Shown: piece by piece, positions 30,280-38,957 of the stretch
How positions within the stretch are numbered: the stretch's first letter is position 1
Layout of the letters: each line of letters begins with the position of its first letter
DNA from: an uncultured Rhizobium sp.
GTDB lineage: Bacteria > Pseudomonadota > Alphaproteobacteria > Rickettsiales > UBA1997
Direction of reading: 5' to 3'
Assembly (NCBI GenBank): GCA_964444545.1
Contig: CAYUHG010000003.1
Span: 36,106 to 100,105 of the forward strand
DNA length: 64,000 nt
Program-made: the position numbers and the translations under genes
Notes under the pieces: model-generated
The model's database searches: none
Seen by the model: only the letters and a program-made list of their open reading frames with translations
What the model was told of the DNA's origin: nothing

Positions 30280-30825
30280 TTAACGACCACGACTATGTTG
30301 TCTGCCAGCAGCACGTTCTTTTGCTTCGATCATGCTTGCCCAGAAACCTTTATCGCCACGCTTATTAAGTATTTGTGCGGACTGAATTAAATAAGTCAAT
30401 TTTTGTCCTAAAATCATCGAAGTCCAAAATCCAACTGGCTTCACGATATCGACAATATTGATTTCATTGAGTTCTTTACGATCACGTTCTTTTTCTTCTG
30501 AGGCGATAATTTCGTAACTACCACTTTCAGCCTGACTTCTTTTTGCACGGATTTCTGCCTTAACTTCGGAATGAGCACGTGGAATTTCTGAAAACTTTTT
30601 ACGTAATAATTCGTCTTCTTCTTTGAGATATTTTTTTGATTTTTTAGGAAAGAGCTTTTGGCTCTTTTTTTTCATTTTGAGAAAATTTTGATAAGCACGT
30701 TCCAGCAAATAATTCAGAACGATACGAGCGACAATTATTGCAAAAAAAACACAAACCGAAATAACCGCTAAAATCGGCAACGCTTTCTCAGTAGCTACGA
30801 TAAATCCGGTGAAAAAATCTGACAT
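30280..30825 (-). CDS. Hypothetical membrane-anchored protein with Lys/Glu-rich region
   Basis: One N-terminal TM helix (LPILAVISVCVFFAIIVARIVL), then a charged low-complexity segment. No family recognised. Confidence 0.4.
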   Translation of the reverse strand: MSDFFTGFIVATEKALPILAVISVCVFFAIIVARIVLNYLLERAYQNFLKMKKKSQKLFPKKSKKYLKEEDELLRKKFSEIPRAHSEVKAEIRAKRSQAESGSYEIIASEEKERDRKELNEINIVDIVKPVGFWTSMILGQKLTYLIQSAQILNKRGDKGFWASMIEAKERAAGRQHSRGR

Positions 30826-30826
30826 A

Positions 30827-31321
30827 TTATCTGAGATTGTAGCAGGTTTCTTTCATCTTTGCATAAGCTTGAGGAAAGCCGATCAATGAATAAGTGTCGT
30901 TAGCAATTTTTCCTTCGCGAGTCGTACCAGTTACCACAAATTCTTCAGCACGCTGCATTTCTTTAATAATATCTATATCGTCATTTTTATCATTAGCCCA
31001 AGCCACAGCTAAGTAGGGGAAAAGGTAGTATTTTTTTGAACCAAAAGAAACTTCAACATCAGATCTTTTTTTATAAAGAAATCCAGAAGAGGCGCTGATT
31101 TCGTCGGCATCGTTAATAATATTAGTTACGAGGAAATAAGGTTCACCTCTTTTGTCGTAATTGCCTTCACGTTTAATTGGAGTAGAAGCAACGTAACATA
31201 CAATTTGATCACCTCTTTCGGCTTTAAAAACATTCCAATCCTGAAATTTTGCTTTTAATTCTTGAGCCTGAAGGTTTGAGCACAAAAACAGTAAAAAAGG
31301 TACGTATTTTATAAATTTCAT
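30827..31321 (-). CDS. Secreted hypothetical protein (possibly IalB-like)
   Basis: Signal peptide MKFIKYVPFLLFLCSNLQA|QE. Size and a W/C pattern loosely recall invasion-associated locus B family proteins. Weak call. Confidence 0.4.
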   Translation of the reverse strand: MKFIKYVPFLLFLCSNLQAQELKAKFQDWNVFKAERGDQIVCYVASTPIKREGNYDKRGEPYFLVTNIINDADEISASSGFLYKKRSDVEVSFGSKKYYLFPYLAVAWANDKNDDIDIIKEMQRAEEFVVTGTTREGKIANDTYSLIGFPQAYAKMKETCYNLR

Positions 31322-31477
31322 AACTTGACTTCTTGGGTCTTAAAAATATTTTGCGCGCTTCTTTTTTGAAGCCCTACCTTGAATAGTTTAGAGGCTCGAA
31401 TAAGTTTCACATCTTAAAGCTTTCGCGTTCGCGAAAAAGATCACGAAGAATTTTAAAATCCAACAATTTCTAAAACA

Positions 31478-32227
31478 ATGTCCGGACAAGGTCACGAGAA
31501 ACACAATCCTCTAGCACAATTTGAAGTGCACAAAATTTTTGATTTGAACGTTGGTGGTATCGACATCAGCTTCACCAATTCTGCACTTTACATGGTTATT
31601 GCTACCGTGACTGTGATCGCTTTCATGCTTTTTGCTACCAGAAAAAAATCTCTCATTCCTTCAAGATTACAGGTTGTTGCCGAATCAATTTACAACTTCG
31701 TTTTCGACATCATCAAAGGCACAATTGGCGATGAAGGCGTTAAATTTTTCCCACTAATTTTCACCCTCTTCACTTTCATTTTATTGTGTAATATGTTTGG
31801 TCTTACACCTTACAGTTTCACTGCAACCAGCCAAATTGCGGTTACACTTTCTCTAGCGATGATCGCATTCTTCACCATCACAATTTTCGCGATCTGGCGT
31901 AACGGTATCGGTGGATTTTTACACATGTTCTTGCCAAGTGGAGTTCCAGGTTGGATGGCTCCGGTGATTTTTGCCATCGAGCTTTTCTCATTTTTGATTC
32001 GTCCAGTTACACTCTCTGTGCGTCTTTTCGCTAACATGGTTGCTGGTCACGTATTGCTTAAAGTTGTAGCAGGATTCATCATTTCTCTTGGCGTAGTTTT
32101 TGGAACTTTACCTTTCGCTTTCTCAGTTGTTATGACTGGCTTCGAACTTTTCGTTGCTGTGTTACAAGCTTATATTTTTGCAATTTTGGTTTGCGCTTAC
32201 ATCAGCGAAACTACTAAAGCACATTAG
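31478..32227 (+). CDS. atpB: F0F1 ATP synthase subunit a
   Basis: Five TM helices with the essential Arg context LSVRLFANMVAGH. Confidence 0.9.
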   Translation: MSGQGHEKHNPLAQFEVHKIFDLNVGGIDISFTNSALYMVIATVTVIAFMLFATRKKSLIPSRLQVVAESIYNFVFDIIKGTIGDEGVKFFPLIFTLFTFILLCNMFGLTPYSFTATSQIAVTLSLAMIAFFTITIFAIWRNGIGGFLHMFLPSGVPGWMAPVIFAIELFSFLIRPVTLSVRLFANMVAGHVLLKVVAGFIISLGVVFGTLPFAFSVVMTGFELFVAVLQAYIFAILVCAYISETTKAH

Positions 32228-32323
32228 TTTTTTACAGAATTTGGCTTTTCGTTCGTGGCCAAATAATTCCCGATCAATGGGGTTTTTTACGAACAAATAT
32301 TAATCTAATTTCATAGGTAAAAC

Positions 32324-32566
32324 ATGGAAGAAGTAGTAGTAAGCAATTTTGAAGCTTTCAAATATATCGGTGTTGGTCTTTGCTCTCTAGGCATGGCTGG
32401 TGCTGCTTTAGCAATCGGAAACATCTTCGGATCTTTTTTCAATTCAATTGCTAGAAACCCTTCAGCTGCTCCAAAACTTGAAAAATACATCTACATCGCT
32501 GCTGGTCTTGCAGAAGCTATGGGTATCTTCGCGGTACTTTTGGCGTTCTTGGTGATGTTCTCTTAG
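32324..32566 (+). CDS. atpE: F0F1 ATP synthase subunit c
   Basis: Helical hairpin with a Gly-rich first helix (GMAGAALAIGNIFG), an RNP loop (ARNPS) and the proton-binding Glu in GLAEAMGIF. Confidence 0.9.
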   Translation: MEEVVVSNFEAFKYIGVGLCSLGMAGAALAIGNIFGSFFNSIARNPSAAPKLEKYIYIAAGLAEAMGIFAVLLAFLVMFS

Positions 32567-32605
32567 TAAATTCAAAACTTCGTTTTGAATTTAGTTTTAG
32601 ATCGA

Positions 32606-32641
32606 GTTAAACCACTTGAGGGCGGCCTCAAGTGGTTTAAC
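32606..32641 (+). terminator. Perfect 16-bp hairpin between atpE and the b' gene (intra-operon attenuator/terminator candidate)
   Basis: gttaaaccacttgagg (32606-32621), loop gcgg, cctcaagtggtttaac (32626-32641). Followed by an A/T-rich stretch with a short T-run. Confidence 0.5.
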
Positions 32642-32666
32642 AATTTATATTATTTTAGGGTAAATT

Positions 32667-33101
32667 ATGCCTCAGTTAGATTTAACTACTTACAGCTCAC
32701 AAATTTTCTGGTTCGCGCTTTGCTTTATTGCGCTCTATATCACTTCTGCAAAAATTATTTTGCCAAGAGTTGCGGCGATTTTGAAAAACAGAAAAAATAT
32801 TATTGATGCTGATTTGGCTTCAGCAAAAGAGTTGGATGACAAAATTTACGAATTGGAATCGCAAACCGGCAAATTAAGAAAAGACGCAACCAGCAAATAT
32901 CAAGTTAAGTTGGAAGAAGCGACTAAATCAGCGACCAAACAAAGAGAAAAAATGATCGAGGATTTAAAAGCAAAAATCGATCAAAACATCGCTAAATCAC
33001 ACAAAGAATTGCAAGATTTAATCGCCAAATCGCAATCTGAAAGCGAAGCTGCAATCAAAAATATTTCTCAACAAATCGAACAAAAATTGACCAATGTTTA
33101 A
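32667..33101 (+). CDS. F0F1 ATP synthase subunit b'
   Basis: One N-terminal TM helix plus a long Ala/Lys/Glu-rich coiled coil. First of two b-type genes after atpE, the alphaproteobacterial arrangement. Confidence 0.8.
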   Translation: MPQLDLTTYSSQIFWFALCFIALYITSAKIILPRVAAILKNRKNIIDADLASAKELDDKIYELESQTGKLRKDATSKYQVKLEEATKSATKQREKMIEDLKAKIDQNIAKSHKELQDLIAKSQSESEAAIKNISQQIEQKLTNV

Positions 33102-33570
33102 CGAAAAATTCTGGTTAGCAATTGCCTTTGCGACATTCATCCTACTTCTTCTTAAGCTTGCTAGAAAAGCTATTGGCAAATCTTTAGACGATAAATCAAA
33201 ACTTATAGCTGAAGAGATTCTTGCTGCCAAAGAATTAAAGGAAAAAGCAGTTAGTCTTTTTGCTTCAGCCGAAAAATTCTCGCAAGAGTCTACAGCTTTT
33301 GCGCAAAAACTAATCAAAGACGCTGAAATAGAAGCGCAAAAATTTCTAGCCGAAGCACAAAAATCAGTCGAAGATGAAGTTGCTAAAAAAACTGCAGCTG
33401 CAGCTGAAAGAATTAAACAAGAAGAAGCTTTGGCAATTAGCCAAATCAAAGAAAAAATTGTTTCTGCAGCAGTTGGGGAAGTTGAAGCTAAATTACAAAA
33501 AAATCTTAGCGAACAACAAAGCAATTCAGTTCTAACTAAAGCAATTCAAGACCTCGGACAAAATATCTAA
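33094..33570 (+). CDS. atpF: F0F1 ATP synthase subunit b
   Basis: Same architecture as b' (TM helix plus coiled coil). Overlaps the b' gene's stop by 8 nt. Confidence 0.8.
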   Translation: MFNEKFWLAIAFATFILLLLKLARKAIGKSLDDKSKLIAEEILAAKELKEKAVSLFASAEKFSQESTAFAQKLIKDAEIEAQKFLAEAQKSVEDEVAKKTAAAAERIKQEEALAISQIKEKIVSAAVGEVEAKLQKNLSEQQSNSVLTKAIQDLGQNI

Positions 33571-33572
33571 CA

Positions 33573-35939
33573 ATGAAATTCACATTTTCTTGGCTCAAAG
33601 AATATCTCGACACCAACGCATCACTTGAAGAGATCTGTAATAAACTTACCGCAATCGGCCTAGAAGTTGAATCACTTGAAGATAAAGCAAAAACTCTAGC
33701 ACCTTTTTCAGTCGCTCACATCGTTGAGGCAAAACCTCACGAAAATTCTACCAAATTAAAAATCTGTTCCGTTCAAACCGCAGATTCCGTAACTCCACTT
33801 CAAATTATTTGCGGAGCAGCAAATGCCAGAACAGGAATTAAAGTTGCTTACGCACCAATTGGCTCAGTAATTCCAGCCAATCAAATGGTCATTAAAAAAG
33901 CCAAAATCGCCGGCGTTGAAAGTAACGGAATGTTGTGTTCTGCCCGCGAATTATCTTTAGGAAATGAAGATTCTGGCATCATTGAAATTGATGAGAAATG
34001 GCCAGTCGGAACAAAAATTACCGAAGTGTTTTCACTAAACGATGCACTAATTGAAATCAACGTCACACCAAATCGTGGCGATTGTTTGGGAATTTACGGA
34101 ATCGCCCGCGACCTTGCTGCTGCTGGAATTGGCACTTTAAAAAATCCTGAGATCAAAAAAGCTGCTGGCAAATTTCCGACCGCAATTGAAATCAAAAATG
34201 AAGCCGCAACTTCATGTCCTCACATTGCGTTCCGTTCGATCAAAAATGTTAAAAATTGCGAATCGCCAAAATGGTTGAAAGACCGTCTGACTTCAATCGG
34301 CGCTAATTCAATTTCAGCTTTAGTAGACATTACAAATTATGTGATGTTTGCACTAAATCGTCCGATGCATGCTTACGATGCTAATAAGATAAACGGTTCT
34401 CTTCATATTCGTTTTGCTAAAAATGATGAAAAATTTACTTCTCTTAAAGGCGAAGAATTTAATTTAGATGAAAAAATTCTCGTAATTTCTGATTCACAAA
34501 AACCACTTGGAATTGCTGGTGTTACTGGTTCAAACAACTCTGGTTGTGATTTAGAAACTAATGAAATTTTACTCGAATCAGCATTTTTTGCACCAACCGC
34601 AGTTTCCTATTCTGGCCGTAAATTAAATATTCTATCTGATGCCAGATTTCGTTTCGAACGCGGCGTTGATGAAGGAAGCTGCGAAACTGGAATTGATTTA
34701 GCAACTCAGTTGATCTTAGAAATCTGCGGCGGCGAAGTTGGCGAAACTAAAATTATCGGCACTAAATCTGCCAGCAAAAAAATCACATTTGATGCCAGCA
34801 AAATTAAAAAAATTACCGGAGTTGAAATCGCTTCTGACAAGGCGACAAAAATTCTTTCTGATCTTGGTTTTAGTACTACAAAATCTGGAGAAACTCTAGA
34901 AGTTGAAGTTCCTTCACATCGTCACGACGTTACAATTGAACAAGATTTAGTTGAAGAAGTTGTAAGAATTTTTGGCTATAACCAAATTCCTTCAACTCCA
35001 CTTACTTCTGGTTCTGCATTAATTTCTCAAGTCAACATTTTACATCAGGCCAGAAAATATTTAGCTGCACAAGGCATGATTGAAACTATCAGCTGGTCGT
35101 TTGTTGATGAGAATTTAGTCGAATTATTTGCGCAAAAAAATGAAAAATTAATTTTGCAAAATCCGATCAGCATCGAGATGAATCACATGCGCCCTACTCT
35201 GGCAATTGGTTTGCTTGAATCTTATCGCAAAAATTGTGCTAGAAATTTTTCTGATCTTTCACTTTTTGAAATCGGCAATGTTTTCGTTGATGATAAACAA
35301 AATCTGATGATTTCAGGAATTCGTGCCGGAAAAAATAAAGAACAAAGTCACTTTCATGATGAAAGAGATTTTGATGTTTTTGATGTTAAAAAAGATTTCT
35401 TCGACATATTGGAAATTTTCGGATTACGTGCTGACAGCACACAAATCAGTACTAACGATGCTCCAAAATATTATCATCCACATCGCTTTGCCGCAGTAAA
35501 ACTTGGTAAAAATTTAGTTGGATATTTTGGTGAAATTCACCCGAGCTTGGCAAAAAAATTCGATCTCAAAAATCGTGTAAATATTTTCGAGATCTTCGTC
35601 GATAACTTACCACAAACTCAAAAATCAACGGCTCGCAAAGCATTCATCGCCAACGATTTACAAATGGTTGAACGCGATTTCGCTTTCTTGGTTAATAAAG
35701 ATCAGGCAATTGGTGATTTGATTAAAACCATCGGAAACTGCGATAAACAATTAATCAAGGAAGTGAGTATTTTCGATATTTTTAGCGGTAAAAATATTTC
35801 TGAAGACAAAAAATCGGTTGCTTTGCGTGTTAAAATTCAACCGTTGGAAAAAACCTTAACTTCGGAAGAAATTGATCTGATTGGTAAAAAAATCATCGAA
35901 GCTGTGAATAAATTCTACGGTGCGACTTTGCGCGAGTAG
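33573..35939 (+). CDS. pheT: Phenylalanine--tRNA ligase beta subunit
   Basis: 788 aa. N-terminal MKFTFSWLKEYLD, a tRNA-binding OB domain (GVESNGMLCS), the B3/4 motif NRGDCLG, and a C-terminal FDX-ACB-like domain. pheS is not adjacent. Confidence 0.9.
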   Translation: MKFTFSWLKEYLDTNASLEEICNKLTAIGLEVESLEDKAKTLAPFSVAHIVEAKPHENSTKLKICSVQTADSVTPLQIICGAANARTGIKVAYAPIGSVIPANQMVIKKAKIAGVESNGMLCSARELSLGNEDSGIIEIDEKWPVGTKITEVFSLNDALIEINVTPNRGDCLGIYGIARDLAAAGIGTLKNPEIKKAAGKFPTAIEIKNEAATSCPHIAFRSIKNVKNCESPKWLKDRLTSIGANSISALVDITNYVMFALNRPMHAYDANKINGSLHIRFAKNDEKFTSLKGEEFNLDEKILVISDSQKPLGIAGVTGSNNSGCDLETNEILLESAFFAPTAVSYSGRKLNILSDARFRFERGVDEGSCETGIDLATQLILEICGGEVGETKIIGTKSASKKITFDASKIKKITGVEIASDKATKILSDLGFSTTKSGETLEVEVPSHRHDVTIEQDLVEEVVRIFGYNQIPSTPLTSGSALISQVNILHQARKYLAAQGMIETISWSFVDENLVELFAQKNEKLILQNPISIEMNHMRPTLAIGLLESYRKNCARNFSDLSLFEIGNVFVDDKQNLMISGIRAGKNKEQSHFHDERDFDVFDVKKDFFDILEIFGLRADSTQISTNDAPKYYHPHRFAAVKLGKNLVGYFGEIHPSLAKKFDLKNRVNIFEIFVDNLPQTQKSTARKAFIANDLQMVERDFAFLVNKDQAIGDLIKTIGNCDKQLIKEVSIFDIFSGKNISEDKKSVALRVKIQPLEKTLTSEEIDLIGKKIIEAVNKFYGATLRE

Positions 35940-36014
35940 CTCAATTTTGGCTTATAATCAGGTGGAGTTATGATTTTGTGGCCACAGCTATATAATGAGT
36001 TCTTCCTAGATAAA

Positions 36015-36046
36015 CCAGGCCATTTAAAAAAATGGTCGGGTTTTTT
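36015..36046 (+). terminator. Rho-independent terminator after pheT
   Basis: Stem 36015-36025 / 36030-36040 (11 positions, one mismatch, one G-U), followed by tttttt at 36041-36046. Confidence 0.55.
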
Positions 36047-36064
36047 ATTGAACCAAAAATTTAC

Positions 36065-36427
36065 TTATCTTTTTTCCATCAACTCTTCGTTGATGAATTC
36101 TACTACCAGCTGCAATTCACTTTTTACCTTTTGCATTAACGCATTTTTTTGTTCAGCTGTTTCTTCTGGATGATTTTGTGCATATTCCAAAACATTCGCC
36201 AACTCTAAGGCACCAATCGAAGCAGCTGCACCTTTAAAAGCGTGCGAAGACATATACCAAGAGTTGTCGTTTGCCACTTTTATTGCCTCTTGCATTTTTT
36301 CAATATTGCGATGGGCATTTTCAATAAAAATAGCGAATAATTCTTTCTCAAACTCGAAATCATTTTCAATGATGCTTCTTAGAAACTCTATATCGATAAC
36401 CTTTTTCGACTTTGAATCAGTAACCAT
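36065..36427 (-). CDS. Stand-alone histidine phosphotransfer (Hpt) protein
   Basis: 120 aa, four-helix pattern with the phospho-His motif SHAFKGAAASIGA. Confidence 0.8.
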   Translation of the reverse strand: MVTDSKSKKVIDIEFLRSIIENDFEFEKELFAIFIENAHRNIEKMQEAIKVANDNSWYMSSHAFKGAAASIGALELANVLEYAQNHPEETAEQKNALMQKVKSELQLVVEFINEELMEKR

Positions 36428-36438
36428 AAATTACACAA

Positions 36439-36924
36439 TTAGTTGATAACCAAGCTCAATGCCAAAGCACTAAGCCTTACGCCAGAATCTTTCACAGCTT
36501 TGGAATTTAGAATCAATTCAAAACTTCTGCGACCCATTTGAACCTGCACCATCCCACCACGCTCAGTAAAACCATCAAAAATGGCAATGGTCATAATTTT
36601 ATGTTTGCTGAACTTATCAATTTCAGCAGCAATACCTTTGATTGCACCAGTTGATACATATATTGCTTTGCAAGATGCAAACTTTGAACCGTCGCGAGAT
36701 AAATCAATTGAACCCTTTTCCTGACTAATGATTCTGGAAATCTCATCACTTCCCAAATAGCAAGTAGGACCTACTTTGGAAGTCTGAGTTGTATGCACTA
36801 AATCTTGAATGAACCCAGCAAAAGCTACCGCCTCTTCTTTATCTGTAATATCCGCACGAGCCTCTGCAAATACCACGAAGAACGTCAGCAACATTGCTAC
36901 GATTGGTTTTATAATCTTAAACAT
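36439..36924 (-). CDS. YfiR-like (DUF4154) periplasmic protein
   Basis: Signal peptide, then TIAIFDGFTERGGMVQVQMGRRSFELILNSKAVKDSGVRLSALALSLV. This matches my memory of the YfiR C-terminal consensus (GG..f... F.iN..a....l.isskLL.lA). Confidence 0.6.
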   Translation of the reverse strand: MFKIIKPIVAMLLTFFVVFAEARADITDKEEAVAFAGFIQDLVHTTQTSKVGPTCYLGSDEISRIISQEKGSIDLSRDGSKFASCKAIYVSTGAIKGIAAEIDKFSKHKIMTIAIFDGFTERGGMVQVQMGRRSFELILNSKAVKDSGVRLSALALSLVIN

Positions 36925-36951
36925 TATTGTTCTTAGGTCTTATCTGATGTC

Positions 36952-38934
36952 TTAATATTGCCAAACCATTTTCAAATAATAGGTACGGCCCACTACTGTT
37001 TGTCTGTTATACAAGGCACCCTTAAATTCTGAGTGGACTTGATCCATTAGGTTTCTGATACCAATACTTAAATCTAAGTTACGAGTCATCAGATAACCAA
37101 GTCTGGTATCCCAAGTAATATAAGAAGGGATGCCAGCAGTAGTATTCGTTACGCCTTTATTTAATCCTCCTACATAATAGAGGATGTTATCGAATTCTAA
37201 TTTCGGCGTAATGTTATAGAAAGATTTCAACTTAATCTGATCGCGTGGAGACTGACCTTCTGCATTTGATAAACTATCGCTATTTCTCAAAACCTGTTTT
37301 GTATCATCAGTTGAAGCAGAGCTTACATGAGTAAAAAGATTTAAGTGATCATAATTCACTTCCAACTTCCAGTTATCCGTCGCTTGCCATTTACCAGTAA
37401 GTTCGAAACCGTAAGATTCAGCAGAACCTAAATTCGCAAGTACCGGAGTTACACCGTTAGGATTATTTGACTCTAAAGTTCTGAGCTTGGAGTAATCATT
37501 ATAAAATACCGAAGCATCCAACAAAGTTTTGCTAGTTGGTTTAATTCTATAACCAGCTTCATAAGCGATTAGTTGTTCGATACCGTATGCTGGACTGCCC
37601 TGACTTACAACAGTAGCACTTGAACCGGTTCTGATAGTTACATCACTTTCACCACGAGTTGGTGTTCTAACTGATCTTGAAACTGCTGCCCAAAGAGTTT
37701 GATTACGTGCCGGATAATAAGATAATCTGGCATTTGGCTGATATTCAAATCCAGTGAAATCGTTTTTCTCAATTTTAGTACCGAGAGTTAAATATAGCTT
37801 ATCTGGAATTAAACCGATTTTATCTTGAATAAAGCCGCTAAACCACTGGTCGTTTCTCTTAGATGAAGAATAATGAAGCGGTAAATTACCGTTCACTTCA
37901 CTTTCGTTAATATGATCCATAATTTGTCTGTAGCCAACGCCCCAGATGAATTGATTCTCTTTGGAAAAATTGTAGAAATGCTGGAAGTCAACGTCGAAAG
38001 TTCGCGCTGCTCTTTTTAGAATTGGTATGCTGAATTGATCGTAATCTAAATAGCTGTTTAGAATAAAGTTTGATTTGTTGGATAATTTTTTGTTCCAGTT
38101 AACCACAAGATTCATACCTTTAGAATCTTTGTCATTCTTAGTTGGATTAGTTAGAGCAGAAAAATAATTTTGTGCTACACCACTAAAAGCATCGCCATGA
38201 ACTGTAATTGAGCTGTCTTTAATTGAGCTGATATCATATCTGAAACCAGCACGATCTTGTTTGATGCCATCATTATTACTTCCTACTCCGTCAGCACGAT
38301 CCAAACCAGCACGCACTGCTTTTTTTACGTAGAAACGATAGGCATCTTTGCTTTCAGTTTGACCACCATATCGCGCTTCAGTAATTGACTTGTCTTGATC
38401 GCCAACAATTTGTGAAACGTAAGTGCCTTGAGTTTGTACTGCACTTTTAGTGATAATATTGATAACACCGTTTACAGCGTTAGCACCCCAAATTGTTCCA
38501 CCTGGGCCTTTAACAACTTCGATTCTATCAACATCTTCAAGCACATAATCTTGAATATCCCAAACCGTACCAGAGAACAAAGTGGTATAAACAGTACGAC
38601 CATCAATCATCACTAGTAATTTGTTAGCAAATTGACGATTAAAACCGCGCGCAGTAATTGCCCATTTATTACCGTCCATTCTGGCAACTTGTAAACCAGG
38701 AACCATTCTTAAAGCTTCCGGAATTGAAGTAGCGCCAGATCTTCTAATATCTTCGGAAGACAAAACATAAGTAGCCGAAGGGGCATCAAAAGCGCTCTCT
38801 TTTTTCTTGGATAATGAGAATATTTCGGTGTTAAAAGTTGCATTTGCATCCTGTCCTCCTTTGCTATCAGCTTCTGCTGATGAACAAAAAGACGACATTA
38901 ACAAAGAAAAAGTAATTATTCCGAATCTTCTCAT
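36952..38934 (-). CDS. TonB-dependent outer-membrane receptor
   Basis: Signal peptide, plug-domain motifs (IPEALRMVPGLQV, DRIEVVKGPGGTIWGANAVNGVINIITK), a long beta-barrel, and a C-terminal aromatic residue (VWQY). Confidence 0.85.
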   Translation of the reverse strand: MRRFGIITFSLLMSSFCSSAEADSKGGQDANATFNTEIFSLSKKKESAFDAPSATYVLSSEDIRRSGATSIPEALRMVPGLQVARMDGNKWAITARGFNRQFANKLLVMIDGRTVYTTLFSGTVWDIQDYVLEDVDRIEVVKGPGGTIWGANAVNGVINIITKSAVQTQGTYVSQIVGDQDKSITEARYGGQTESKDAYRFYVKKAVRAGLDRADGVGSNNDGIKQDRAGFRYDISSIKDSSITVHGDAFSGVAQNYFSALTNPTKNDKDSKGMNLVVNWNKKLSNKSNFILNSYLDYDQFSIPILKRAARTFDVDFQHFYNFSKENQFIWGVGYRQIMDHINESEVNGNLPLHYSSSKRNDQWFSGFIQDKIGLIPDKLYLTLGTKIEKNDFTGFEYQPNARLSYYPARNQTLWAAVSRSVRTPTRGESDVTIRTGSSATVVSQGSPAYGIEQLIAYEAGYRIKPTSKTLLDASVFYNDYSKLRTLESNNPNGVTPVLANLGSAESYGFELTGKWQATDNWKLEVNYDHLNLFTHVSSASTDDTKQVLRNSDSLSNAEGQSPRDQIKLKSFYNITPKLEFDNILYYVGGLNKGVTNTTAGIPSYITWDTRLGYLMTRNLDLSIGIRNLMDQVHSEFKGALYNRQTVVGRTYYLKMVWQY

Positions 38935-38957
38935 GAATAAAAATTAAAGGTTAAAAA

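Noticed and set aside
32585-32806. 73-aa ORF starting in the atpE-b' spacer
   Set aside because: It begins at a TTG inside the hairpin region and overlaps the b' gene out of frame. The b' frame has the expected TM-plus-coiled-coil architecture.
33018-33524. 168-aa antisense ORF across the ATP synthase b'/b genes
   Set aside because: It is a compositional artefact of the Ala/Lys/Glu coiled-coil coding sequence (GCN/GAA repeats read in reverse). The forward genes have clear family architecture and operon context.
35970-36173. 67-aa ORF between pheT and the Hpt gene
   Set aside because: It spans the pheT terminator hairpin and then runs antisense into the Hpt gene. It has no motif support.
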